This document shows, piece after piece, positions 50,768 to 60,376 of a stretch of DNA of 64,000 nt. The notes below the pieces were generated by a model that worked only from the letters and a program-made list of their open reading frames with translations, was not told the DNA's origin and searched no databases. The stretch spans positions 480,001 through 544,000 of the forward strand of contig CAVSHR010000005.1 of the NCBI GenBank assembly GCA_963727625.1, written 5' to 3'. The position numbers and the translations under genes were made by a program. This stretch comes from an uncultured delta proteobacterium (lineage in GTDB: Bacteria; Desulfobacterota; Binatia; UBA9968). Each line of letters begins with the position of its first letter. Position 1 is the stretch's first letter.

Positions 50768-53143
50768 TCAACTCTTTTGCGGAACGTCGATCCCTTGGCC
50801 AGGCTGCCATTTGATGGGCGGAGGAAACTCAAACGACGGAACTGAAACTCTCTTATAGCGACCCTCGATTGCTCTCAAAACTTTGTCAGGCGTGATCGGG
50901 ATCTCATCGATTCTCATGCCGATCGCATCATAGAGAGCGTTAGCGACAGCCGGAACCACCGGCAGCAGCGGCCCCTGTCCTGCCTCCTTCGCGCCATAGG
51001 GACCTTCTGGATCGTTGGTCTCTATCAACATCGTTTCGATCTCCGGGGTCTCGAGTGTTGTCGGGCTTTTATATTCTAGGATGGAAGGAATTTTGTGCAG
51101 CCCGCTCTTTCTAAATACCTGCTCTTCCATCAACGCCTCACCCAAAGCCATATAAACGCTGCCCTCCGTCTGGCCTTCGACCAGCAGAGGGTTGAAAGCT
51201 CTACCGCAATCGTGCGCGATCCAGATTTTCTCAACCTTGATCTCACCTGTTTCGCTATCGCAGAACAGTTGGACGATCGCGGTTGAGAAAGTATAGGCGG
51301 TGGTAGGCCCGACTCCGGACCCTTTGTAAGTGGCAGGATGTCTTGGCGGACGATAACTTCCGGTGGCCCCGAGTGTTCCGTGTTTAGCCTCCGCGCCCTC
51401 CACGCAGTCGACAAAGCTTATGGCCCGCTTCGGATAACTCTTGCTGCGAACTAGCCCGTCGATCATCTCCAGATCATCGGCAGGTACTTCAAGGGCCTCA
51501 CCGGCGGTTTCAAGCAGAATTTTCTTCAGCTTGCCACAGGCCTGTATGGCCGCGTTGCCGGTCATTACGGTGACCCGGCTCGAATAGCTTCCCAAATCCA
51601 CTGGAGTTAAGTCCGTGTCCGCCGTCACCACCCGGACATCGCTCACACTCACGCCAAACTCTTCGGCCACCGCGTAAACCAGGATAGAATCCGACCCCTG
51701 TCCTATGTCGGTGGAACCGCAAAAAACGGTGATGCCCCCACCCCGATCAAGACGGATCTGGACGCCGGAATGGGGCATCTTGTTCCAGTAGATGGGAAGA
51801 CCGGCGCCGCTGATGTAAGCGCTGGCGGCAAAGCCGATGCCTCTGCCATGAGGGAGCTGGCGAAACTTCTTTTTCCACTCGGCCCGCGTGGCAACTTTTT
51901 CAATACATTCTCTTAGTCCGCACGTGCTGATCTTCAGGCCATTCACCGTGACCGTGTTGGCTTGCACCAGCTGCTTGAGTCTGAGATCGATGGGATCCAT
52001 GCCGAGCTTTTCGGCAATTTTATCCAAATGAATTTCCAGCGCGAACCGGGGTTGTGGCGTTCCATGCCCTCGCTTGGGTCCGCAAGCAGGCTTGTTCGTG
52101 AAAACCCGCACGCCTTCGAACTTATAAGCCGGTAGTTTGTATGTTACGGTTTGCAGCGCGCCGGTGTAGTAAACTGATGCCAACCCGTAGCTACTGTAGC
52201 CCCCACCGTCCAGGAAAGACCTGAAGTGCATCGCCTGAAGAGTTCCGTCTTTTTTGACTCCTGTCTTGATCCACATCTTAACGGGGTGTCTGCCCCGGTG
52301 CACGTAAAAGCATTCTTCCCGCGTCAAGGTGAACTTCACCGGCCTACCGGTGACCATGGCTAGTTTGACCGCGCAGATCTCGTGCGAAAATGGATCGCTC
52401 TTGCCACCGAAGCCGCCGCCCACCGGCGTGGCAATCACCCTAATCCGGCTCATAGGCAATTCCAAAACTTTGGCCAGCGCGCGATGCAGATAATGGGGCG
52501 TCTGCGTCGAGGACCAGAGGGTAACTTTTCCACCAGGCCCATACTGGCCGATGGCACAGTACTGCTCCATTGGCAGGTGCGTGTTGCCCTGATAAAAGAA
52601 GGTATCTTCAAATACCTGCTCCGCCTGCTTGAATCCCTGTTCCACTTCCCCAAACTCAAGGGAGACCGCTTTCTGAATATTGGCGCGCCGGTTCCACGAA
52701 TGAATCCGTTCGCTACCTTCGGTCGCCGTCAATGCATCTTCAATGGAGAGAATCGGCTTCAGCAGTTCATAGTCCACGTCGATCAATTGCAGAGCCTTCT
52801 CCGCAACGCTCTCGCTCGCGGCGGCTATGGCGGCAACAGGGTCTCCCACATGCCTAACTTTTTCCGCGGCCAGCGCTTCTTCGTCCTCCGTCGCCGGCAA
52901 AATGCCGAACTTCACGGGGAGGTCGGCGCCCGTGATCACGGCATAAACACCTTCAAGAGAGAGCGCTCGCTCAGTTCTGATGCCGCGAACACGGGCATGC
53001 GGATGAGGACTCCGAAGCAACCGTCCATAGCACATCCGCGGTAGCTCAAGATCGTTGGCATAACGCGTCTCGCCGGTGCACTTCCCCATCGCGTCCACCT
53101 TTGGGAGCGGCTTCCCGATTACGGAAAAATTCGTCTTGCTCAT
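50768..53143 (-). CDS. hcrA: Xanthine oxidase family Mo subunit, 4-hydroxybenzoyl-CoA reductase alpha-like
   Basis: GGGFGGK, RGHG, DIGQGS, LGSYSSR and GAKEAG motifs; flanked by hcrC- and hcrB-like genes. Confidence 0.75.
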   Translation of the reverse strand: MSKTNFSVIGKPLPKVDAMGKCTGETRYANDLELPRMCYGRLLRSPHPHARVRGIRTERALSLEGVYAVITGADLPVKFGILPATEDEEALAAEKVRHVGDPVAAIAAASESVAEKALQLIDVDYELLKPILSIEDALTATEGSERIHSWNRRANIQKAVSLEFGEVEQGFKQAEQVFEDTFFYQGNTHLPMEQYCAIGQYGPGGKVTLWSSTQTPHYLHRALAKVLELPMSRIRVIATPVGGGFGGKSDPFSHEICAVKLAMVTGRPVKFTLTREECFYVHRGRHPVKMWIKTGVKKDGTLQAMHFRSFLDGGGYSSYGLASVYYTGALQTVTYKLPAYKFEGVRVFTNKPACGPKRGHGTPQPRFALEIHLDKIAEKLGMDPIDLRLKQLVQANTVTVNGLKISTCGLRECIEKVATRAEWKKKFRQLPHGRGIGFAASAYISGAGLPIYWNKMPHSGVQIRLDRGGGITVFCGSTDIGQGSDSILVYAVAEEFGVSVSDVRVVTADTDLTPVDLGSYSSRVTVMTGNAAIQACGKLKKILLETAGEALEVPADDLEMIDGLVRSKSYPKRAISFVDCVEGAEAKHGTLGATGSYRPPRHPATYKGSGVGPTTAYTFSTAIVQLFCDSETGEIKVEKIWIAHDCGRAFNPLLVEGQTEGSVYMALGEALMEEQVFRKSGLHKIPSILEYKSPTTLETPEIETMLIETNDPEGPYGAKEAGQGPLLPVVPAVANALYDAIGMRIDEIPITPDKVLRAIEGRYKRVSVPSFEFPPPIKWQPGQGIDVPQKS

Positions 53144-53613
53144 TGAATCTCCTCACCTTTGGCGACAAGCTCAACGGCCTCGATAATTTTGCTATAGCCA
53201 GTGCATCGGCAGAGATTACCGGAGAGCGCCTCGCTAATCTCTTCTCGACTAGGATGGGGATTCCTATCCAAAAGCGCCTTGGCCGTAAGAAGAATACCCG
53301 GGATGCAGTAGCCGCATTGGGCTGCCCCTAGATCCGAAAAGGCCTTCTGGAGCGGGTGCGGCTTGTCCCGCTCTTTGAGTCCTTCGACAGTGAGAATTTC
53401 CGAGCCTTCGGCCTCCACGCCCAGGACCAGGCAGGAAAGGACAGGCTCGCCGTCGAGAAGCACCGTGCAGGTACCGCACTCGCCAAGCTCGCAGCCGTGC
53501 TTGGTCCCTGTTAGCTGGATATCTTCGCGCAATACTTCCAAGAGTGTCTTACTGACCTCGGTTGCGACCTCTTTCGTCTCACCGTTAACTCGCAGACGGA
53601 GGATTTGTTTCAT
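53140..53613 (-). CDS. hcrC: 2x[2Fe-2S] subunit, HcrC/CoxS-like
   Basis: GTKHGCELGECGTC, QCGYC and NLCRCTGY motifs. Confidence 0.8.
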   Translation of the reverse strand: MKQILRLRVNGETKEVATEVSKTLLEVLREDIQLTGTKHGCELGECGTCTVLLDGEPVLSCLVLGVEAEGSEILTVEGLKERDKPHPLQKAFSDLGAAQCGYCIPGILLTAKALLDRNPHPSREEISEALSGNLCRCTGYSKIIEAVELVAKGEEIQ

Positions 53614-54881
53614 AGCTTAAAAAACCTTCTAGCCTTGAGCTCGAATCTCGGCAGGCTTCCCGGTGCAACCACCTCAACCTGGGGACGCAATCCGAGCCGC
53701 TCGCGGAGCCTCAGCGCAACCCTCTCGTCGAGAGATTGCGCTAGTTCACCATCCGCTCTCGGCTCGAGGATGAGTTTTAGCTCGCGCATCTCCTCTCTCT
53801 CAAAAGTCTCAATGCGGAACTCGTCGATTTCGGCAAACTCCCTCATAACGTTTTCAATAGCGCTGGGGAAAACATTCACCCCGCGAAGGATAATCATGTC
53901 ATCAATCCGGCCCATGACTCCACCCTCCAAAAGCAAGAATGGCCGGCCGCATGGACACGTGCGGTAGCTCGGTTGGACCAGATCTCCGGTTCGGTACCGG
54001 ATCACGGGGCTGCCGACTCTTCCCAGGTTGGTTATGACGAGCTCCCCCTTGGCTCCTTCTCCGACCGCCTCGCCGGTCGTTGGATTGATGACCTCGGCGA
54101 TGAATTCGTACTCGTTCACATGAACGCCGCCGGGCCGCGCCTCGCACTCAAACCCATAGGCGCCGACTTCGGTGGCACCAGGGTGGTCGTAGCACTTCGC
54201 GCCCCAGGCCTCTTCGATTCTCTGCTTCGTGTTGGGGATGCTTGCCCCGGGTTCTCCCGCATGGATGGTGATTCTCACCTGCGAGCCATTGGCCAAATCG
54301 ACGCCACCCTTTGCTGCCTCAGCTGCCATATGAAGCGCGTAGGTAGGAGTACAAACCACCACGGTAGCTTGATAGTCGATGATAGCCGTGAGCCGCTGTG
54401 CGGTGGATTGAGCACCGCCGGAGAGCGCCAGCGCGCCCAGTTTACGCGCGCCATCCCACGCCGACCAAAAGCCGATGAACGGCCCGAAGGAGAAGGCAAA
54501 ATAAATTCGGTCGTCGGGCCTAACGCCCGCGGCCCGATAAATTGTTTCCCAGCACCCTGCCCACCAGTGCCAAGATTGCTCGGTATCGAGCCAATACAGC
54601 GGCTTACCCGTAGTGCCGGAGGTCTGGTGGATGCGGACATAGCGCTCGACCGGAAAGCTGAGAGCAGTGCCAAACGGAGGATGCGCCTGTTGATCCTCGA
54701 CAAGCTCACGCTTGATCGTATGCGGGAATTTTCTGAACTGCGCCAATGAATCTACGGTCGAGAACCCTTTTTCCAGGAGCTTGCGACGGTAAAAGGCATT
54801 ACCCGGCAGTTCCGCCTTGAGCATGCGCGATAGCTTTTCAGTCTGCTGGGCCTCAATAGCTTTCCGTCGCGAGGCGTCCAT
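53610..54881 (-). CDS. Phenylacetate-CoA ligase (PaaK) family aryl-CoA ligase
   Basis: QTSGTTGKP, AGEPG, GATE, YRTGD and GRIDDM motifs; ATGA overlap with hcrC. Confidence 0.9.
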   Translation of the reverse strand: MDASRRKAIEAQQTEKLSRMLKAELPGNAFYRRKLLEKGFSTVDSLAQFRKFPHTIKRELVEDQQAHPPFGTALSFPVERYVRIHQTSGTTGKPLYWLDTEQSWHWWAGCWETIYRAAGVRPDDRIYFAFSFGPFIGFWSAWDGARKLGALALSGGAQSTAQRLTAIIDYQATVVVCTPTYALHMAAEAAKGGVDLANGSQVRITIHAGEPGASIPNTKQRIEEAWGAKCYDHPGATEVGAYGFECEARPGGVHVNEYEFIAEVINPTTGEAVGEGAKGELVITNLGRVGSPVIRYRTGDLVQPSYRTCPCGRPFLLLEGGVMGRIDDMIILRGVNVFPSAIENVMREFAEIDEFRIETFEREEMRELKLILEPRADGELAQSLDERVALRLRERLGLRPQVEVVAPGSLPRFELKARRFFKL

Positions 54882-54904
54882 CGATTTCTCAGCTTTCCAA
54901 CGTA

Positions 54905-55025
54905 ACTGATCCTGGCGCCACCATGTCATGCAACAGCGGTTAATCTACGTTGGCAACCACCACATCACCCGGATCAATCGTTTTTCGCTTACTGGCCCGG
55001 GGCAAAATCTTCTCGATCATATTCG
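54905..55025 (-). pseudogene. N-terminal remnant of a LeuC/homoaconitase-type large subunit
   Basis: MIEKILPRASKRKTIDPGDVVVANVD*PLLHD matches EKIL...PG...VDxxxxHD, with a stop inside the motif. Confidence 0.65.
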
Positions 55026-55517
55026 CACAATTAGATCTTACCTTAACTTGAAGAGGAGTGAGCATATTCAATGCCAGCATTGCCACGCCTTTAAGACAGC
55101 CAAAAATCCGCGTCGAGTTCTCTGATCTGGAAAAACCTCCACCCAAAATTCTTAAATCCTGGAATATGGACGAAGCCATCCGTAGTGTAAAGCTGCGGAT
55201 CGAAATAGGGCACGACAGACCCCGACCTCTATGGAATAGACCCTACCGACCAAGCCCGCCCGTGAAGACACTCTTGCGGCGATATCGGCTCAGTTGCTTC
55301 TCGGTCATTGCAGACAAAAGGCTGAGTTCATCCGCTTTAATTGCCTTCTGTCTACGCCAAGCTTTAGACTCGCACCCGGCTCAGTGGCGATTCAGCATTT
55401 AGAGTTTGGTGAACCCTACGAGCAGGGTTCGACGGTTTAGAGAGAGGATGGAAGGGTCGAACATATCACAGCTATGGATCACACGGCTCGAGGTAGTTCA
55501 GTTTCGGAAGATACCCG

Positions 55518-56942
55518 TTAGTTCGGCAGACTTGGTTTCGATTTCTTGAACTCATGGGCATCGAGCTCATGTTTCTTCAGCAAATCGTAGAAGTCAGCCC
55601 GGTATTTACCCGCGAGTTTGGCCGCTTGGCTGACGTTGCCTTCGGTCATCGACAGCACTTGGATGAGATAATCCCGTTCGAAAGCGTCGCGCGCGTCCTT
55701 CAGCGATTTCATTCCACTGCTCGGTTCCGCGATCTTTTCCTGCAGAAAACCATGCCCGCGTTCCACGGCCGCGCTTTTGCCTTGCAGAATAAAATCCTCG
55801 GTCACAATATCGTTCTGCGTCATCGCCACGGCGTACTCGATGGTGTTTTCCAGTTCGCGGATATTGCCTGGCCAGTCATGCAGCATGAGCTTGCGCAACG
55901 CTTCCGGCGTCAGCCCCTTTACGTCCTTTTTCATATGGTCGCTGTTTTTTTTCAGAAAATGCTCGAGCAGCGGCACGATATCGTCCTTGCGCTCCCGCAA
56001 GGGCGGCAGAAAAACCGGAATGACGTGAATTCGGTAAAACAAGTCGTCGCGGAACAGCCCCTTGTGCACCTGGTCTTCCAGATCCTTGTTGGTCGCCACG
56101 ATCACGCGAACGTCCACCGCCATCGGCACCTCGCTGCCGACGGGATAGAACTGCCGTTCCTGCAAGACCCGCAGCAGCTTGGATTGCGTCGCGAGCGGCA
56201 TGTCGCCGATCTCGTCGAGGAATAATGTGCCACCGTGGGCCTGGGTAAACAGCCCGCGGGTGCTTTTGACCGCTCCGGTAAACGCGCCCTTTTCGTGACC
56301 GAACAGCTCGCTTTCGAGCAACGTCTCGGGCAGCGCCGCGCAATTCAACGCGACGAAAGGTTTGTCCTTTCGATCACTGGCCAAGTGAATCGCCTTGGCG
56401 ATGAGTTCTTTCCCGGTGCCGCTTTCGCCGTGAATATGCACGGTGGAATCGAGTTTGGCGATGCGCGACACCACGTCGAGCACGGCGCGCATCTTGCCAC
56501 TGCGCGCGATGATATTGGCAAAATCGTAGCGCTCGTTGATGATGTCTTTGAGCCGCTTGATCTCGGAGTTGAGTTTGCGATTTTCCAGTGCCCGTTCGAT
56601 CTGCATGATCAAATCGGTCGGTTCGAAGGGTTTGGTTAAGTAGCTAAACGCGCCACGGCGCATCGCTTCCACAGCGCTTCCGATACTGCCGTGGGCGGTC
56701 AGGATAATCGTCGGCACGTCGGGGTCGATGCCGCGGAATTCATCCATCAAGGCAAGCCCGTCGCCGTTCGCCAGCATGAGGTCGACGATGCACAGGTCGA
56801 CGAGTTTTTCTTTAAGCGTTTTCACCGCCTGCTCTTCCTCAGCTATCGCGGTGACGCCATAATCCGCCGACTCTAGCCGCATGCGGATCAGTTCTAACAG
56901 ATTGGGGTTATCGTCTACGACTAGAATTTGACCCTTAGACAT
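55518..56942 (-). CDS. glrR: Sigma54-dependent response regulator, GlrR/QseF-like
   Basis: Receiver domain; [21 protein letters not shown] and WPGNIREL motifs; HTH tail [11 protein letters not shown]. Confidence 0.8.
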   Translation of the reverse strand: MSKGQILVVDDNPNLLELIRMRLESADYGVTAIAEEEQAVKTLKEKLVDLCIVDLMLANGDGLALMDEFRGIDPDVPTIILTAHGSIGSAVEAMRRGAFSYLTKPFEPTDLIMQIERALENRKLNSEIKRLKDIINERYDFANIIARSGKMRAVLDVVSRIAKLDSTVHIHGESGTGKELIAKAIHLASDRKDKPFVALNCAALPETLLESELFGHEKGAFTGAVKSTRGLFTQAHGGTLFLDEIGDMPLATQSKLLRVLQERQFYPVGSEVPMAVDVRVIVATNKDLEDQVHKGLFRDDLFYRIHVIPVFLPPLRERKDDIVPLLEHFLKKNSDHMKKDVKGLTPEALRKLMLHDWPGNIRELENTIEYAVAMTQNDIVTEDFILQGKSAAVERGHGFLQEKIAEPSSGMKSLKDARDAFERDYLIQVLSMTEGNVSQAAKLAGKYRADFYDLLKKHELDAHEFKKSKPSLPN

Positions 56943-56950
56943 GTCGTGCT

Positions 56951-57559
56951 TTATCTCCGACGCTCGCGCCGCTTTTGATCGATTTCCATATCTACCTGTT
57001 TGGATTTTTCGATCACCTGCCGGTTTTTTTCAATTTCCTGCTTGGTTTTTTCAAGTTCGGCGCGGGATTTTTCGATTTCCCGCCTGGACTTCTCAATCGC
57101 CACGCGATTTTTCTCGATTTCCCGTTTGGACCTTTCGATAGCCCGTCTAGATTTCTCGATTTCCCGCTCCGAGTCTCGAGTCTCTTTTAACACCCCCAGC
57201 CAAACCCGCGCCTGCTCGGCCCATGGGCTCTGAGGATAGGACGAAACCACCCGAGAAAAGGAGCCCATCGCCTTTTGCAGATCTCGGCTTGGATTTTCCG
57301 GATGGGCATAAACCAAGCCGATTTGATACGCCGCGACATCGGCGGGTGGCTTGTGCCGCGCCATCGCAAGAACGCTCTGATACGATTTTATCGAGCCGTC
57401 GAAGTCCCCTCGAATCAGAAGTTCGCTGCCCGCGGCAAGACCTTCGCGCATTTCCCGGCGCCGGTTTGATTCTTGGATCAGACTGCAGCTCGCAAAGAAT
57501 ATTAACAGGGCAAAGCAAAAATAATAGTGCTGCCTTTGCCTAATGCGCTTTCGGCCCAT
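56951..57559 (-). CDS. TPR-like lipoprotein with heptad-repeat coiled coil, positional QseG/YfhG analogue
   Basis: Lipobox FASC; YPQSPWAEQA; about eight xIEKSxx heptads; lies between kinase and regulator. Confidence 0.75.
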   Translation of the reverse strand: MGRKRIRQRQHYYFCFALLIFFASCSLIQESNRRREMREGLAAGSELLIRGDFDGSIKSYQSVLAMARHKPPADVAAYQIGLVYAHPENPSRDLQKAMGSFSRVVSSYPQSPWAEQARVWLGVLKETRDSEREIEKSRRAIERSKREIEKNRVAIEKSRREIEKSRAELEKTKQEIEKNRQVIEKSKQVDMEIDQKRRERRR

Positions 57560-58944
57560 ATTTTACCGCCATGCGAAGTGATGATGCTATTGGCGATCGC
57601 CAAACCAAGCCCGGTCCCCAGCCGCGCGTTCGAGGTTAGGCGGCTGCCTTGGTTGAACTTTTCAAAAATCGACACCAAACTATCTGCTGGAATTCCAGGC
57701 CCTGAGTCTTTCACGGAAACCTGTAATTTACCATTAACCGCTTTTACGGCAACCCTTACCCGCCCGCCCTTGGGGGTAAACTTAACCGCGTTGCCGAGCA
57801 AATTGCGCATCACCTGGAGGATCCGCTCCGGATCGATTTTGAGCTGCGGTAGCGGCTCGACCAGCTCGCTCTCCAGAGCAATCCCCTTGGCTTCCACCAA
57901 GGGCGTGATCTCGGCCATAGCGCGCTTGACCAGCGGGTCGAGGCTGGTTATCTCGAATTCGTAAGCCATCATGCCGGCTTCCATCTTGGAAAAATCGAGC
58001 AGCGAATTGACGACGGTGATCAGCCGGTTGCTCTCCTCGGCGAGTATGCTCAGCAGCTTGCGTTGCCTGTCGGAGATCGCACCGCCGACGCCATCGAGCA
58101 ATAGTCCGGTGCCCTCTTTGATGGAGGTCAACGGGGTGCGCAGTTCGTGCGACATGGAAGCGAAGAAATCGGTTTTCATTTTGTCGATCTCCTGCAGTTT
58201 TTCGCACATGGAGTTGATCGCGGCGGCCAATTCACCGATTTCCGGCGGCGAGTTCACCAGGAGCTTTCCGGCGAAATTCCCCTTCGCGATTTCCCGCGTC
58301 TGGTTCTTGAGCAAGCCGATCGGCCGGGTGATACTTTTCGTGATAAACAGCGACATCAAAACAATCGCCAGCAAACAGGCGACCGAGATCGTCACCGAAA
58401 CCTCACGCGCCTGGTCGGCGGCAGCGGCCAGGTCGGTCACTTTGGCGTAAGTCAATTGCTGCTGATTGACCCTCAACTTCTCGAACGACGCCAGCATCGC
58501 ATCCACTAAGACGTCCTTGTCTTGTTTGTACTGCGCCTGACTGTACCGTCGCTTGGCGCGAACCAGTCGCGCCTCCGCGCCGACAAGCGCGTCGTAACGG
58601 CGAAAGCCATCCGTTATGCGCCTGAGCACTGGCATCGCCACCGGATCTTTCAAGGCGAAGGCGCCTTCCAAACGTGCTTCGAAGTCAATTTTAAGGCGCA
58701 CGAACTGCAAGTACCACGTCTCATCCCGCGTGATGGCGAATTTCTGCTCGGCGCGGCTCTGCGCCAACAGCAGATCGGCGAGAGTCTTTTCGTAGTCGAG
58801 TATCCGATTGTCGACCTTGAGGATCGACTCCGTGAGCTCGCGGAAGTGGCGCAGTTGGAGCACCGCATAAGCGCTCGCCACGGCAACGATTAAAAAAATC
58901 GCCAGGTAACCGAACGTCAGACGGGAAAACAAGCTCAAACGCAC
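57502..58944 (-). CDS. glrK: HAMP sensor histidine kinase, GlrK/QseE-like
   Basis: Two TM segments, HAMP, SHELRTPL, NAVKF, DSGPG and GTGLGL motifs. Confidence 0.78.
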   Translation of the reverse strand: MRLSLFSRLTFGYLAIFLIVAVASAYAVLQLRHFRELTESILKVDNRILDYEKTLADLLLAQSRAEQKFAITRDETWYLQFVRLKIDFEARLEGAFALKDPVAMPVLRRITDGFRRYDALVGAEARLVRAKRRYSQAQYKQDKDVLVDAMLASFEKLRVNQQQLTYAKVTDLAAAADQAREVSVTISVACLLAIVLMSLFITKSITRPIGLLKNQTREIAKGNFAGKLLVNSPPEIGELAAAINSMCEKLQEIDKMKTDFFASMSHELRTPLTSIKEGTGLLLDGVGGAISDRQRKLLSILAEESNRLITVVNSLLDFSKMEAGMMAYEFEITSLDPLVKRAMAEITPLVEAKGIALESELVEPLPQLKIDPERILQVMRNLLGNAVKFTPKGGRVRVAVKAVNGKLQVSVKDSGPGIPADSLVSIFEKFNQGSRLTSNARLGTGLGLAIANSIITSHGGKIWAESALGKGSTIIFALPC

Positions 58945-58976
58945 GGCGGTGTCGTCCTCGGCTGCGGTGAGAAGCC

Positions 58977-60101
58977 CTAGCTGCTCTTGTTGGCGGAGGG
59001 CCTATCGAACGACTCCGCCCGATCGGCGTCCGCTGAAAGGAGTTTCTGGGCGAATTGATCCAGGCGGCGGTCGGCGTTCTGGTAACCCGACTGGGCATGG
59101 CCCAAGTGTTTCCCCAACAGGTTAAATTCGTCGCGGAACTTACTAAAGTCACCTTGCAGCCGGCTCAAGTACTGAATGATGTCCCTGGCACGATCTTCGA
59201 CCTTCATGCCTTTCAGGCCTAGAACGATTGCCTGCAAGTACGCATAAAAACTATTGGGTGAAACCGGAATCACCCGCTTTGACATGGCATAGGAGCTGAG
59301 AGTTTTCTCTTCCGGCGCGCCGTCCTTGATAATCGTTTCATAGTAAACATTCTCCGCCGGGATATACATGAGCGCGAAGTCATAGGTGCCCTCGTCCGGC
59401 AGGATATACTTCGCGGCAATGGCATCAATATGCTTTTTCACGTCGGCGCCAAATTGTTTTTGGGCGCGGGCTTTATCGTCGTCGTTCGCCGCATCAAGAA
59501 CCCGCTTGAAATTTTCCAGCGGAAACTTCGCGTCCACCGGCACCAACAACGCTCCGACCTTGATCACTGCGTCGACTTTATCGCCGTTATGAAAACTATA
59601 TTGGGTCGAGAAGTGTTGCGGCGGAAGAATCTGCCCCAGCAAATCTTCAAGAAAAAATTCGCCCAGACCGCCGCGCAGCTTCGGCGCCCGGAGAATTTCT
59701 TGCAACGAAGCGATGTCCTTACCGACCTCGTAAATTTTTCGGTTGGCTTCTTCCAGCCCGCCCAAGCTGCGCTGCACCTGACCCACCACCCGGGCCGCGT
59801 TGTCCAGGCGCTCGCCTAAACTCTGCTGCGTCGCGTTCAGCACCTGAGAATTTTCCTTGAGCCGGTCGTTGACATGTTCAAGCACTTGCCCGAGCTGGCG
59901 CTGGATCGACTGAGCGTTGCTGTCCAAAACCTGGCTAAACTGCGCGCGCACCTGCTCGATCTGCTGCTGCAACAAGAGCAGCGATGGGTCGTCCCGTTTT
60001 TCCTGTATGACAGCACGCAAACGGCTTAGGAAAACCCAACCGAAGAGAGCCAAACAGAAGATTGCGAGAAGAATCAGGACGAGAGCGTTTGATAGTTCCA
60101 C
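58977..60101 (-). CDS. rmuC: DNA recombination protein RmuC
   Basis: N-terminal TM and coiled coil; RGGLGE, VDAKFP, KYI and DFALMYIP motifs. Confidence 0.92.
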   Translation of the reverse strand: MELSNALVLILLAIFCLALFGWVFLSRLRAVIQEKRDDPSLLLLQQQIEQVRAQFSQVLDSNAQSIQRQLGQVLEHVNDRLKENSQVLNATQQSLGERLDNAARVVGQVQRSLGGLEEANRKIYEVGKDIASLQEILRAPKLRGGLGEFFLEDLLGQILPPQHFSTQYSFHNGDKVDAVIKVGALLVPVDAKFPLENFKRVLDAANDDDKARAQKQFGADVKKHIDAIAAKYILPDEGTYDFALMYIPAENVYYETIIKDGAPEEKTLSSYAMSKRVIPVSPNSFYAYLQAIVLGLKGMKVEDRARDIIQYLSRLQGDFSKFRDEFNLLGKHLGHAQSGYQNADRRLDQFAQKLLSADADRAESFDRPSANKSS

Positions 60102-60118
60102 GATGAACCGTGGCGTTC

Positions 60119-60376
60119 TTAAACCAGTCTGACGGCGTACTCCAGGATCTCGCTGAGCTTGCGGATTTGCGTTGCGCGCATCGAGCGTTCTTCGCGAGGA
60201 GAATTAAGATAATCGTCGACGCTTTTTTTCAAGTTCCATTCTAACAACTCGACGCATTGCTCGATGCTCACCTTCTCGGAACGGCGCCGGCGCGCCTGAT
60301 GCAATTCGTCGATCTGGATCAGCTGCCCCATACTAGGCGTTAGCATAGGCGAGTCGAGAAAATTGTCAAGGCCCAA
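60119..60376 (-). CDS. Small helical hypothetical protein
   Basis: Fills the gap between co-directional genes; exact start uncertain. Confidence 0.55.
   Translation of the reverse strand: MGLDNFLDSPMLTPSMGQLIQIDELHQARRRRSEKVSIEQCVELLEWNLKKSVDDYLNSPREERSMRATQIRKLSEILEYAVRLV

Noticed and set aside
50735-50768. (TCTCTG)n microsatellite between hcrA and hcrB
   Set aside because: Short intergenic simple repeat with no evidence of function.
49733-53613. Aerobic CO dehydrogenase (coxMSL)
   Set aside because: The large subunit lacks the AYxCSFR motif, and the FAD subunit has the HcrB-type Cys insert.
55380-55445. GGTTCGA-containing hairpin as a tRNA or attachment site
   Set aside because: No cloverleaf or acceptor stem could be built; only a short GAACCCT/AGGGTTC stem.
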